A DNA stretch of 64,000 nucleotides from Eledone cirrhosa (lineage: Eukaryota): positions 9,982,001 through 10,046,000 of the forward strand of contig OZ024753.1 in assembly GCA_964016885.1 (NCBI GenBank), written 5' to 3'. The translations under genes and the position numbers were made by a program. The stretch's first letter is position 1. Each line of letters starts with the position of its first letter. Under the pieces are notes generated by a model, which saw nothing but the letters and a program-made list of their open reading frames with translations, did no database searches and was not told the DNA's origin. Shown here piece by piece: positions 1 through 13,272 of the stretch.

Positions 1-474
1 AACAAAAGAAAAAAAAAAAGTATCGATAGATCGATACGATCAACTATGAAAAAAATCCCTTCAAGGTGGTGCCTCAATATGAATGAAACCAGTCAAAGAA
101 TAAAAAAAATTTAAATTTCTCTTCGGTAAATATTTGATACGTATATATTTTAACAAATGAAATTAAGAGGAACGCATTCACCGTTTACACCGGCAGTAAA
201 ACTAATTTTTGTTACTATTGTCATCAGAAATTAATGACTTCGTTTGTTTCCATGACTATAGGCAAATGTGTTTCTGTTGTAAGATTAGCTATGCAGATTA
301 AGAATAAGAATATCTCAAATATCTCTTCTTTAGTACTATACAGTTTAAAAACAAATACTTGAAAGTGGTCACTGTACCTGTTAGAAATGGCAACCAAATG
401 TTACTATCACACTCTCCTAACCGATATATATATATATAAGTATTAATAAAATAGATGTTCTTTTGATCAATTAC

Positions 475-527
475 ATTTTATTATACATATTTCGGATGTA
501 CAACAGTACGTCCTCATCAGACAAAAT
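475..527 (-). ncRNA. Minimal type I hammerhead ribozyme (mirror copy)
   Basis: Reverse complement of 610-662. Confidence 0.8.
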
Positions 528-609
528 ATAATGATACATGACATACTCTGAGATGTTAAATGGTTAATCTTAACCATTTAACATCTCAGGGTATGTCATG
601 TATCATTAT

Positions 610-662
610 ATTTTGTCTGATGAGGACGTACTGTTGTACATCCGAAATATGTATAATAAAAT
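610..662 (+). ncRNA. Minimal type I hammerhead ribozyme
   Basis: ATTTTGT-CTGATGA-GGACGTAC tgtt GTACATCC-GAAA-TATGTA-TA-ATAAAAT. Stems I and II pair, the core is canonical, and the predicted AUA cleavage is after 655. Confidence 0.85.
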
Positions 663-966
663 GTAATTGATCAAAAGAACATCTATTTTATTAATACTTA
701 TATTTTAATATTAATAACTCCAGAAAATTATTTACCGTTGAGTGCTTCCAATCTACTGTAAAACTCATTCTTTGACATAATCATTGAATATTGTTTAACA
801 ATTTAAAAAATATATATATATATATACATTTATATATATCGACAAGATCCCAGACCTAATTCGCTTAACGAGTGAGGTGGAGCTCGTCAAACAGGACCGA
901 GGAAACAAAGTTTCCATTGGTCTTTCCAATTGCTCATACTATCTGTCATACGTAAATCCAGGCAGA

Positions 967-980
967 AATATATGTATCTT

Positions 981-1059
<79 letters not shown>

Positions 1060-1066
1060 ATATATA

Positions 1067-1153
<87 letters not shown>
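967..1153. repeat. (TA)n/(TG)n microsatellite (representative of very many in the window)
   Basis: Direct inspection; source of the YI/CV-rich spurious ORFs. Confidence 0.95.
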
Positions 1154-1156
<3 letters not shown>

Positions 1157-1754
1157 TTAAATTTTAGAGAAAACAATACCAAATTCTTGAACAAAATATA
1201 TTTAATGGCTTACGATTGTTTCAAAAATCATATCAACATTATGAAAATTATCGATTATATAATCGATCAGAGCAAATGATAATAAAAAGAAAAGAATGAT
1301 ATGATTTTATCTTCAGAGACGACAGAAAATAAATAATTAATTAAAAAATACATGTCACTGATCATCCGTTTGAGGTGAAACAAATTGTTGTTGGAAATGG
1401 TGTATTAACTGTTGTGGAACTAATATATTATATAGTTTAAGATGGTAATATGGACGAAACAAGAGAAGAACCCCTTCATCAGCTGTTAACTGCAGAACAC
1501 AGATGTTTCGACGCTTAAAACAGGACATCGAAAGCGATCAGTAGCGCGTCCAAGGCCTTTTATCGATCAAAAGGCCATGAGGGAAAGAAAAGAAAAAATT
1601 GGTTTACAGTAACCACACAGCCGGATTCGTTTCTTGTAATATATATATATATATATATATTTAATCCCGGCTTCAATCGGGGGTAACCACAGTAAGTAAA
1701 GTACTCAATCCCGAATGAAACAGCTCTAGTCCTGTAGAAGCCTTATATATATAT

Positions 1755-1950
1755 ATAGGAAAAGAGTCAGGACCCCGACGGCTGAGCTCCGGCCGTTTCG
1801 ACAGCTAGATCCGAACTGAGTTCTTATCTAGCCGTCGAAATGTCAGGAGCTCAACCGTCGGGGTCCTGACTCTTTTCCTATTACCCCACCCTACTACCCT
1901 ACGTATTGAGTACTCTGGTGCGTTATGGCCCACCTGGTATCTTACCACAC
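1755..1950. mobile_element. Fold-back element family B (GC-rich hairpin plus ...CTTACCACAC tail) in (TA)n
   Basis: Inverted repeat 1755-1881. The same family recurs at about 2295-2450, 11245-11430, 24200-24392 and 24400-24590. Confidence 0.7.
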
Positions 1951-1955
1951 ACACA

Positions 1956-2023
<68 letters not shown>

Positions 2024-2031
<8 letters not shown>

Positions 2032-2262
2032 AGATCAAAAGATGGTTACAAGAGTTCCAAGTATTTTATTATGCGCATTTCAAAAACAAATATCATCCCA
2101 TGATGATATTTGTTTTTGAAATGCGCATAATAAAATACTTGGAACTCTTTTAACCATCTTTTGATCTTATATTATTTTTATACTCCAGTCCTATAAACTG
2201 TGGAGTGCTACTTATCCGATATTTGCATTGCTTTATTGTGCTACAATAAAACTCACCTCCTA
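2024..2262. mobile_element. Fold-back element with 5'-truncated hammerhead (palindrome 2024-2175)
   Basis: 74-bp arms around a 4-nt spacer. Each arm has GAAA-TGCGCA-TA-ATAAAAT, the 3' half of a hammerhead. Tail carries TACTCCA...TGGAGTGCT. Confidence 0.7.
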
Positions 2263-2294
2263 CACACACACACATATATATATATATATAACGA

Positions 2295-2450
2295 AGGAAA
2301 TGTGGTAAGGAACCAGGTGGACCATAACGCACCAAAGTACTCAATACTTGAGGTAGTAGAGTGGGTAATAGGAACCAGTAAGACCCCGACAGCTGAGCTC
2401 AAGCCGTTTCGACGGCTTGAGCTCAGCTGTCGGAGTCTTACTGGTTCCTA
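2295..2450. mobile_element. Fold-back element family B copy
   Basis: Reverse orientation of the 1755-1950 tail, with an internal hairpin at about 2368-2450. Confidence 0.65.
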
Positions 2451-2842
2451 TATATATATATATATATATATATAAAGGTCACCGCACACTGACTAACGTT
2501 GTCCTACATACAGTATTTATGAAACCACTGTCGACCTTGGGCTAAAAAACAACAAAAGCAAACACTGAGTTCAAGCGGTTAATGAAGAAAATCGATGATT
2601 TCTTCCCATCAATTATAACCGTACTGATTTACTTTTAATTAACAAGTGTGTGTGTGGGGGGGGGGGGTAATTATGGAAGAAGAAACAATAAAATATTATC
2701 TATGGCTGTATGGTTAAGAAGTTCGCATTGTTAACCATTAAATGTCCGGTTCAGTGCCACAGTGCCCTATTTTGGCCACCGTTTGACCAATGCTTTATGA
2801 TTGAAATTTGATAGGTAGACGAAAGCTGAGTGGAAGGCTTTC

Positions 2843-2881
<39 letters not shown>

Positions 2882-2964
2882 AGTTATTCAGGGTTGAATC
2901 GGAGGTAACAACAGTAAGTCAGGTACTCAATACATAGTAGAGTATAAAAGTTTTAATATAGAAG

Positions 2965-3015
2965 AGCTTCTACAAGACTAGAACTGTTTCATTCGTGAGA
3001 AATCATCAGGGAGCT
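2965..3015 (-). ncRNA. Type I hammerhead ribozyme (different family, looped stem III)
   Basis: Minus strand AGCTCC-CTGATGA-TTTC tcac GAAT-GAAA-CAG ttctagtc TTG-TA-GAAGCT. A 3'-half copy lies at about 1711-1741 (+). Confidence 0.65.
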
Positions 3016-3940
3016 GGCTGTCCAAGTAAGTAGTGGTATTTATATCTTTTCTTTTCTGGTGGTAGGAGAGGGTGGGGATCGGGATGGGTGGAGGTCATTG
3101 GTTGAAGGATTTAAAGGAAAGGGAGTTCATTAAAAGCTAATTCTTTAAAGCTACAGTATTACCAAAGGCAGCAAGAATATTGTAAACAAAATCATATTTG
3201 GAATACCAATCCTAGTTTATCACTTAAACTAACAATGGCTGTAAGACAGGTGTCTACAGGATGAGTGGGGTTCAATGGTTTAAAGAAAAGGGAAATTCTT
3301 TAGAAGCTAATTCTTTAAGGCTGGAATAAGGGTGACAAAAGCAGAGAGGGTTCCATCAAGAGATTCAAGTGTTGGGGTGATTCACCCTATTGTGAAGTTT
3401 CTCTTAATATAATTGTTTCTACTATTGGCACAAGGCCAGCAATAACCCAGTACATTACTGGTACTTTATTTTATCGACTCTGTAAGGATGAAAGACAAAG
3501 TTAACCTCGGCGGGATTTTCCAAATTGAAGGATAGGTATCTTGAACTTTATTTTATCATGAGTTAAGGCTCTATTTATATCCTGATTCTCTTTAGGATGA
3601 GTTTAAATTATTTTTCCCACATCTTACGTTAACTATTTTTCTCTTTTTGACGCTATAGTCACTTATATACTATGGAATGCTGTTCGCTTTTCGCTGCAGT
3701 GTTTTCTATACCTTTCATTTATATATATATATATATATACGTCAACAGCATTCTAATATATAGGGTATCCCAAAAATGTATACACATTTAGATTAGAATG
3801 CTGACGAAGTATGAATACAATTTTGGGGGATTTCCTGTATATATGTGTAGATATATATAGGTGTGCGTATATATATGAGTGTGTGTATATGCATGTATAA
3901 ATGTGTGTATATATGAGTATATGAATATATATGTATGTGA

Positions 3941-3971
<31 letters not shown>

Positions 3972-4094
3972 ATGTGTGTGTGTGTATATATGTATAAATA
4001 TGTGAATATGAATGTGTGTGTATATATATATATATATAAATGAAGGGTATAGAAAGTATTGTAGCAAGAAGCCAACAGTATTCCATAAGTGTGT

Positions 4095-4145
<51 letters not shown>

Positions 4146-4450
4146 TCTGCGTTTACTTTTACTGTTTATGTCCCGTAACTGAGCGGTTAGACATGGAAAA
4201 AAATAGTTGGGATACTTGAGTCAATATCGACAAAATCCATTCAAAGCTGTGCTCCAGCATGGTCACAACCTCATGGCTGAAACCAGTAAAGAATAAGACA
4301 CGAGGTCAGGCATTGGAAGGGGAAGGAGGGCACTAGTTAATTATATCGATCTAACATCTGACAGGTTCTTTATTTCTTACGACTCGGGAATGAATGAAAA
4401 ACAAAGACGACTCCGGCGACCATGAGATAATAGCAATAATATTTTACTCC

Positions 4451-4917
4451 ATTCCATCCAACAATGACCATCCCGTGTGTTTTAAGAGCATGTTGGACAG
4501 ATATTCCATCCAGCCATGACCATCCCGTGTGTTTTAAGAGCATGTTGGACAGACATTCCATCCAGCCATGACCATCCCGTGTGTTTTAAGAGCATGTTGG
4601 ACAGACATTCCATCCAGCCATGACCATCCCGTGTGTTTTAAGAGCATGTTGGACAGACATTCCATCCAGCCATGACCATCCCGTGTGTTTTAAGAGCATG
4701 TTGGACAGACATTCCATCCAGCCATGACCATCCCGTGTGTTTTAAGGGCATGTTGGACAGACATTCCATCCAGCCATGACCATCCCGTGTGTTTTAAGGG
4801 CATGTTGGACAGACATTCCATCCAGCCATGACCATCCCGTGTGTTTTAAGGGCATGTTGGACAGACATTCCATCCAGCCATGACCATCCCGTGTGTTTTA
4901 AGGGTATGTTGGACAGG
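4451..4917. repeat. 52-bp minisatellite, about 9 copies
   Basis: Unit ATTCCATCCAGCCATGACCATCCCGTGTGTTTTAAGAGCATGTTGGACAGAC. Confidence 0.95.
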
Positions 4918-5494
4918 CATATACACATATTTATACATACATACACGCACACAGTGTAATAATTGTTTCTACTTTTGGCACAAGGCCAGCAATTGCCCAG
5001 TGTATTACTGGTACTTTATTTTATCGACCCCCGTAAGGATGAAAGGCAAAGTTAACCTCGGCGGGATTTGAACTCAGACCGTAAAGCATGGCGTCTGATC
5101 CTCAACCGGTACTTCATTTATTGACCACAAGGGATAATACTAATAATACAGGGGTATTATAGACAATAGGGTTCGAAATATATAAATGAAAAATATCACA
5201 TTTCGTACATTCCTCTCTCACATAAATACACACTCACACAAATATACACACACACATCTCTCTCTCACAAATATACCACGTCTCTCTCTCCCACACAAAT
5301 ACACTCACGTCTCTCTCTCACACAAATACACACACGTCTCATACACACACACATCTCTCTCTCTCTCACAAATATACACACGTCTCTCTCTCACACAAAT
5401 ATACACACGTCTCTCTCTCACACACAAATACACACTCACACGTTTCTCTCTCTCTCACACACATACACACACGAGCCGACGAGGGAACACCGAC

Positions 5495-5681
5495 CTTAAA
5501 GAACCCTAACATCTTTACAGAACCTTCAACCCTAGCACAATGAATCTGGTGAATCTGAAGAGATATTTCCGTGTTGTTATTTGGAGCTCTAATGTCAAGG
5601 ATACCACGATAATACATCAATTTGATTTATTAGTAAAATGAAATATTTCTTGTTCAGGTTGATAAAAGCAGTTTAATGGAG
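5495..5681 (-). other. Candidate exon of a minus-strand gene (possible coding start MYYRGILDIR...MLGFFK at 5617)
   Basis: Non-repetitive island bounded by acceptor ...tacatccag| and donor TTTAAG|gtcggt. An upstream donor CAG|gtaag lies at 6388. No homology recognised. Confidence 0.3.
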
Positions 5682-5879
5682 CTGGATGTATAATTGTGGT
5701 TGTACGAGAAAGAAAGACAAGACAATTTAACTTTAAAACTTATCATCACAACATATCAACGAAGAAACTACTACGGGGGTCACTGGAAATGCTGGAAACG
5801 GTAGCCAGATATCCCTCAAAATTACACACCCTGGTACTAGTAAAGAGCAGAACTAACGAACAAGTGGCCTCATCGAAGT

Positions 5880-6225
5880 AGTCCAACATACCCTTAAAAC
5901 ACACGGGATGATCATGGCTGGATTGGGATGCCTTAAAACACACTGGATGGTCATTGTTGGATAGAAAGCCTGTCAAACATACCTTTAAAACACACTGGAT
6001 GGTCATTGTTGGATAGAAAGCCTGTCAAACATACCTTTAAAACACACTGGATGATCATGGCTGGATGGAATACCGGTCCAGCATACCTTTAAAACACACG
6101 GGATGGTCATTGTTGGCTGGAATACCGGTCCAGCATACCCTTAAAACACACGGGATGGTCATTGTTGGCTGGAATACCGGTCCAGCATACCCTTAAAACA
6201 CACGGGATGGTCATGGCTGGATGGC
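5880..6225. repeat. Diverged array of the 52-bp unit in inverted orientation relative to 4451-4917
   Basis: CATACCCTTAAAACACACGGGATGGTCATGGCTGGA is the reverse complement of the 4451 unit. Confidence 0.85.
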
Positions 6226-6294
6226 CAAGCCTATCATCATCATCATCATCATCATCATCAGAGTTGACAAGAGACTCAACACCACCACCACCAC

Positions 6295-6326
<32 letters not shown>

Positions 6327-6792
6327 CCAACGACATCAACAAATATACTTATATATATATATATATATACTTAATAACTGTTCTTACCTGAATTCATGCT
6401 TCATAAACGGAGATATTTTTTTTTCGGAGGGTGTGTTTTAAACTTTTATCCTCTTTTGTTAAATAAATATATCCTCACCACAACACACACAGACGAACAC
6501 GAACACACACACACACACACACACACATCCCGAAGATCCTGCTTTTTTGTGTTTTAAATATAAATCTACCATCTCCTCTCAGTTACACAAAAACAACTAC
6601 ACTAAAATATATATATATATATATAAATATAAATATATAAATATATAAATATAAATATATAAATATATATATCTTCACAGCCTGATACTAGCTGGTCCCC
6701 ACTTCCTAGAAAAACTAAACAACAAAAATAAATTCTAACATAAATATAAACAATTAACAACAATAATGAAAATATGTAAACAAACATCAATA

Positions 6793-6830
<38 letters not shown>

Positions 6831-7662
6831 ACGAAGAAAACTAAACTTGAGATGTGAATGGAAGGAAAAACGACGAACATATTTCTATGGAGAGGAGAAA
6901 ACCTGGTGAAGATGAGACGAGGGGAGATATGAATGTGTGTGTGTGTGTGTACATGTGTGTGTATGTCTATGTATATGTGTGTGTGTCTATGTATATGTGT
7001 GTGTGTGTGTGGGTTTTCTCTTGACAGCTTGATTAATTATAAATGACCAGAGAAGGGACAGAGAGAGCGTGTGTGTATGTGTGAGAGAGAATATGTTTGT
7101 TTGTGTATGTGAGAGAGTGTGTGTGTGAATAAGAGAGACAGAAAGAGGGAGTGTGTGTGTGTGTGTGTGTGCAAGAGAGACAGAAAGAGGGAGTGTGTGT
7201 GTGTGAATAAGAGAGACAGAAAGAGGGAGTGTGTGTGTGTGTGTGTTTGAAAGACAGAAAGAGGGAGAGTGTGTGTCTATATGAGAGAGTATATGTATGT
7301 GTGAATAAGAGAGACAGAAAGAGGGAGAGTGTGTATGTGTGTGTGAGAGAGAGAGAAAGAGGGAGAGTGCGTGTGAGAGAGAGGGTGTATATGTGTGTGT
7401 GAGAGAGACAGAAAGAGGGAGAGAGTGTGTGTGAGAGAGACAGAATGAGGGAGAGTGCGTATGTGAGAGAGAGAGTGTGTGTGTGGGAGAGACAAGAAGG
7501 GAGAGTGCGTGAGAGAGACAGAAAGAGGGAGGGTGTATACTAGAACCCGTTGGCTAAAGAAGATACCCAACCACTTTTAATGAAAAAAAAGGGGGCAGTA
7601 CATTTATGTGTGAGGAAGAGGGAGAGAGAGGGGACAGAGAAATATGTGAGTGCTGATGGTGT

Positions 7663-7704
<42 letters not shown>

Positions 7705-7890
7705 GTGTGTGTGTGTATATATATATGTGTGTGTGTGTTTATATGTATTGTAGTATGTGTGGTCAGTTCTAATTTCACTGCTGGACAGAGTATATCTATA
7801 TAAATATATATATATATACACATACACTATATATATATAGTGTATATTGTGAGAGAAGTACGTATGTATATTGTTTCTGATAACACACAC

Positions 7891-7955
<65 letters not shown>

Positions 7956-8007
7956 CATATATATATGTATATACGAACTTCTCTCACACTATACCCTATA
8001 TATATAT

Positions 8008-8042
<35 letters not shown>

Positions 8043-8055
8043 TTCTCTCACACTA

Positions 8056-8093
<38 letters not shown>

Positions 8094-8230
8094 TGTGTGT
8101 GTATATATATATAAATATATATATATATACACACACACACTATATATAGGGTATAGTGTGAGAGAAGTACGTATACACACACACACACACTTGCTCTCAG
8201 TTACCCACTATATGACCATGTGTATGTATG

Positions 8231-8264
<34 letters not shown>

Positions 8265-8404
8265 CGTCTGTGTTTGTCTATGTATGCTGTGTGTATGTAT
8301 ATAATACATATCTTTAAGGTGTGACCTCTCATCATCCACTTCACCAATCAACTTTGCTTATATCTGCTGTATGTGCGTATATGTTGTTATATGTGTGTGT
8401 ATAC

Positions 8405-8455
<51 letters not shown>

Positions 8456-8894
8456 GTATGTGTGCCCTTGAGGAAAACTATTCCCTGCCCACCTCTTTCT
8501 CTCTAAACCCACTTCTCTGTCTGCCTGTCTCTCTCTCTCTCTCTCTCACCCTCCCTCTTTCGGTGATCTATGCGCACGTGTGTATTTAAGCTTGTGTGAC
8601 CACTTCGCATGGTAATTCATGTTGGTATGTCTGTTGGCTGTTTTCTACATCAGCCAGTCTGACAAGTTAAACACACACAAACAAACTCTCTCACACACGC
8701 ACTTATATATATATACATATATATGTATATGTATACACACACGCACTTATATATATACACGCACACACACATACAGAGACACTATAGTCAACCGTTCAAC
8801 AAAGAAACAGAAATTTAAAGAAAATTTAAAAAAAATGTGCAAATAAGAGATGAAATAATAATAAAAATAAAAAAAAAATTGACAAGAACTCTGA

Positions 8895-8897
<3 letters not shown>

Positions 8898-8939
<42 letters not shown>

Positions 8940-9025
8940 TCACACACGCATATATATATATATATATATATATACACACTCACACACGCATATATATATA
9001 TATATATATACATACTCACACACGC

Positions 9026-9057
<32 letters not shown>

Positions 9058-9247
9058 TCACACACGCATATATATATATATATATATATACATACTCACA
9101 CACGCATATATATATATATATATATACATACTCACACACGCATATATATATATATATACACACACTCACACACGCATATATATATATATATACATACATA
9201 CTCACACACGCATATATATATATATATATACACACACTCACACACGC

Positions 9248-9279
<32 letters not shown>

Positions 9280-9289
9280 TCACACACGC

Positions 9290-9321
<32 letters not shown>

Positions 9322-9390
9322 TCAAACACGCATATATATATATATATATATACACACTCACACACGCATATATATATATATATACATACT
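8898..9390. repeat. Compound microsatellite array (TA)n-CACACTCACACACGCA
   Basis: Direct inspection. Confidence 0.9.
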
Positions 9391-9429
9391 ATTTAGCCTT
9401 AATAAAATATGAATATATACATATATATC

Positions 9430-10003
9430 TTCTTCGCCCACTTATTCCTGAGATAGTCATAGGAACAGAGCCCCCCCCCCCACCCCAGTGGGTCCTGTCA
9501 GAAGGCAACCATCTCGAACTAATCCGGCTGGATCCTGCGAGACCAGCCAAGCTCATCGATGTTATCCAACCATCTTGCGTGGGGTCTTCCCCTGGGTCTC
9601 CTGCCTGTTGGTTTTGTCCTTAAAAATCTGTCCAGCGATTCTTTCGTGAGACATTCTAACCGCATGCCCTATCGAGTAACGTTATTCCAACGACCCTTCA
9701 AAGGTACCCCATTTCGGCTGCTTGTATTCCTGATCATATTCTTTCGGTCATTAACACAAGATTCACGACAATAGGTAAGGGTTGGTGTGAATACAGAATT
9801 GAAGATAGCGAGTTTGGCTTTTACACCCCCCCCCCCTCCCCCCCTCTTGATTACTGAATGCTGAGGCTGGCACATTTCTGCACCAGCTCTTGTAAGTCTT
9901 GCACTTAATTCAGCCTCCTGCCACTTATCACTCTTGAACTCAGCACCAAGATACTTTAACTTCTCCATCTGCTTCAGTTAAACTCTCCCCACATGCAGAG
10001 TGC
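9430..10003 (-). mobile_element. Degraded RTE-like LINE 3' fragment
   Basis: Translates to QMEKLKYLG...FTPTLTY, followed by a GRPQARW-like C-terminal motif. Frameshifted. Confidence 0.7.
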
Positions 10004-10059
10004 ATATATATATATATACGATATTAATAAATGGAAACTATATTTATAAAACCATATTT

Positions 10060-10122
10060 ATTTCATTATACATATTTCAGGGATACCAAATTAAATTATG
10101 GTATGCCTTCATCAGACAAAAT
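10060..10122 (-). ncRNA. Minimal type I hammerhead ribozyme
   Basis: ATTTTGT-CTGATGA-AGGCATACCA...TGGTATCCCT-GAAA-TATGTA-TA-ATGAAAT. Confidence 0.8.
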
Positions 10123-10604
10123 ACAATATATAACAGTTTTACAAATAAGCCTTGACGTACCCTATTAAAATGCAACCATTGTTTTTGGAAGTCATCCAAA
10201 TACTTGTCGAGTGCTTTATATCAGTTATAAAAATATTTACTTGTTGTATCCCAACAATTTTAAATAGAACTTTTGCATATATATATATATAAAGAATGAA
10301 GAATAACAGGTAGACATCATAAAAAGGTAATTTATTCCGTGTGCTTAAAAATGTTTCCACGGTGGTTATACAGCCTAGTTATGCTATGTGCAAATTTATA
10401 ACTATTTGCAAAACTCAATTATAAAATGCTGTGACCACTGTATCATCAGAGCAGAATGGTTAATATATATATATATATATAAATTACACAATTATCAAAG
10501 TTATATTTATCATTATTATTATATATATATAGTATAGATAGTATCATTATTATTATATATATATAGTATAGATAGTATCATTATTATTATATATATATAT
10601 ATAT

Positions 10605-11176
10605 CCGCCAAGGTTAACTTTGCCTTTCATCCTTACGGGATCGATAAAATAAAGTACCAGTAATGTACTGGGTAATTGCTGGCCTTGTGCCAAAAGTAGA
10701 AACAATTATTATTATATATATATATATATAGTATATATATAGTATCATTAGATTGGCAGTATCGGAAGAGAGTCGGACGCCATGCTTTCCAGCATAGTTA
10801 CGTCCCTTTACGGTCTGAGTTCAAATCCCGCCGAGGTTGACTTTGCCTTTCATCCTTACGGGGTCGATAAAATAAAGTACCAGTAATACACTGAGTAATT
10901 GCTGGCCTTGTGCCTAAAGTAGAAACAATTATTATATATATATAGTATATATAGTATCATTATTATTATATATATATATATACAGGGCGGTGAATTGGCA
11001 GTATCGGTAGAGGGTTGGACGCCATGCTTTCTAGCATGGTTACGTCCCTTTACAGTCTGAGTTCAAATCCCGCCGAGGTTAACTTTGCCTTTCATCCTTA
11101 TGGTGTCGATAAAATAAAGTACCAGTAATGTACTGGGTAATTGCTGGCCTTGTGCCTAAAGTAGAAACAATTATTA
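10605..11176 (+). mobile_element. Cluster of tRNA-derived SINE family 1 copies (full copy 10986-11176)
   Basis: A-box-like GGCGGTGAATTGGCAG, B box GAGTTCAAATCC, conserved body GCCTTTCATCCTTACGGGGTCGATAAAATAAAGTACCAG, and (ATT)n tail. More than 20 partial copies occur across the window. Confidence 0.85.
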
Positions 11177-11244
11177 TTATATATATATATATAGTTAGTT
11201 CACGATACCGAGAACAATTGTTTCACCTTAGCAGATCTTCATAT

Positions 11245-11430
11245 ATATATGAAAAGATTTAGGGCAGTTGAGCTCTGGCCATTTCGACAACTAGATTCGG
11301 ATCTAGCTGTTGAAACGGCCGGAGCTTAGCCGTAGGGGTCCTGAATCTGTTCATATTACCCACTCTACTACCCTAAATATTGAGTACTCTGGTGTGTTAT
11401 GGTCCACCTGGTATCTTACCACACCCTCTT
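11245..11430. mobile_element. Fold-back element family B copy
   Basis: Internal inverted repeat centred near 11298 and the same tail as 1755-1950. Confidence 0.65.
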
Positions 11431-11756
11431 TGTTATATATATATAAACATACATTTCTAATTTAGGTACAAGGCCAACAATTTGTGAGGATGGGGCAATT
11501 CAATTATATCGACTCAGTATTTATCAACCTTAGCACATCACTAGTACTTTATTTTATTGACCTTGAAAAGATGAAAGGCAAATTTAACCTCGGTGGAATT
11601 TAAACTAAGAACGTAAAGGGGTTTAACTCTATGCCGCAAAGCATAATGTCCAACGCTCTACCGATACTTCCAATTATAATAATATTCGTTTTTAATTATT
11701 GCCTAAAGGGTAATGATGATATGGTGTTACAGGAACAGATTACAAAAAGTGTAGAG

Positions 11757-12600
11757 CAGTGGTCCCTAACCTTTTGTGCACCATGTCCCACCTCAACATC
11801 TAGAAAATTGTCATGTCCCCCTTTGACACGAAAACAGCAATTATCAACTGCAAAGTGTAAACAAATTGGTGTGCCAGATACATAATAACATGTGGAAGAG
11901 GAAGTGAGACAGGAGTTTCTGAGAGTAATGTGCACCAAAGTTACCTTGGTGTAGATGGTGTCAGATATACAATAACATATATGGAGGAGGTGAGACAGGA
12001 GCTTCTGACAGTAATGTGCACCAAAGTTACCTTGGTGTAGATGGTGTCAGATATACAATAACATGCTGAAGCATATAAACAATATGCCCCCCCCCCCCCC
12101 CACCGCAAGGTGGTCGTGGAGGTGCCACGGCAAAAAAGCACCCAGCCCACACTGTAAAGTGGACGTGTAGGCGCCACGAAAAAGCACCCAGCACTCACTG
12201 TAAATGAGGTTGGTGTTAGGAAGGGCATCCAGCTGTAGAAATCAAGCCAGATCAGTTCCTGTATGAGCAAGGCATGGTCAGCCGACCAGACACTGCACAC
12301 AACAGGACAACCCGTCTAACCCATGCTAACGTGGAAGAACAGACGTAAAACGGTGATGATGATATATGGAGGAGGTGAGACAGGAGTTCTGACAGTAATG
12401 TGCACCAAGGTTACCTTGGTGTAGATGGTGTCAGATGTAATACAACATACGGAGGAGGTGAGACAGGAGTTTCTGACCTTGGTGTAAAAGCAATAAAGTA
12501 AAACATGAGGTTTGTTCCCATTAAAATCATTTTCAAATGACCCCCTTAAATATTCAAATTGTTCCCCTGTGGGGTGTGCGCCCGATGTTGGGAATCACTG
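11757..12600. mobile_element. hAT (Charlie-like) non-autonomous element with internal ~85-bp tandem repeat and nested RTE-3'UTR/SINE fragment (~12090-12363)
   Basis: TIRs CAGTGGTCCCTAAC / GTTGGGAATCACTG; 8-bp TSD GTGTAGAG/GTGTAGAA. Confidence 0.75.
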
Positions 12601-12789
12601 GTGTAGAAGCAAGGTTGATTATATTAACACTATATTAATACAATAATCCTAAAACAACAAGAAATGCCTTGATATATTTTTAAATGTTGTGGGCATTTAT
12701 TTCCTTGACAACCCAATGAAAGTTGATCTATTTGAGGTTCGAACCGAGAACTATATACAACAAACTACCTACCAACCACTATTACGTTT

Positions 12790-13272
12790 TCTAATATAAG
12801 ATCACACAGGACTCTAATATAAGACCACACAATATCCTAATATAAGACTACACAATACTCTAATATAAGACCACACAACGTTCTAATGTAAGGCTACACA
12901 GTACTCTAATATAAGGCCTCACAATACAAGAGCACACAGTACTCTAATAAAAAGTTAAACAGTACTCTAATATAAGACCACCCAATATTCTAATATAAGG
13001 CCTCACAATATTTTATTAGAAGACCACACAATACTCTAAAAAGCTACACAATACTCTAATATAAGACACACAATACTCTAATAAAAAGTTAAACAGTACT
13101 CTAATATAAGACCACCCAATATTCTAATATAAGGCCTCACAATATTTTATTAGAAGACCACACAATACTCTAAAAAGCTACACAATACTCTAATATAAGA
13201 CCACAATACTCTAATATAAGACCACACAATACTCTAATATAAGACCACAGTACTCTAATAAAAGGCTATACA
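12790..13272. repeat. Degenerate ~23-bp minisatellite (TACTCTAATATAAGACCACACAA) with higher-order duplication
   Basis: Direct inspection. Confidence 0.85.

Larger units (their letters stand above)
434..810. mobile_element. Fold-back hammerhead element (Penelope-like pLTR/retrozyme type); near-perfect palindrome 434-703 plus 3' tail
   Basis: Arms of about 134 bp are reverse complements around a 2-nt spacer at 568-569, with one mismatch. Flanked by (TA)n. Each arm contains a hammerhead core. Confidence 0.8.

Noticed and set aside
1470-1515. Minus-strand GAAAC...CTGATGA resembling a type II hammerhead
   Set aside because: The stem II strands do not pair.
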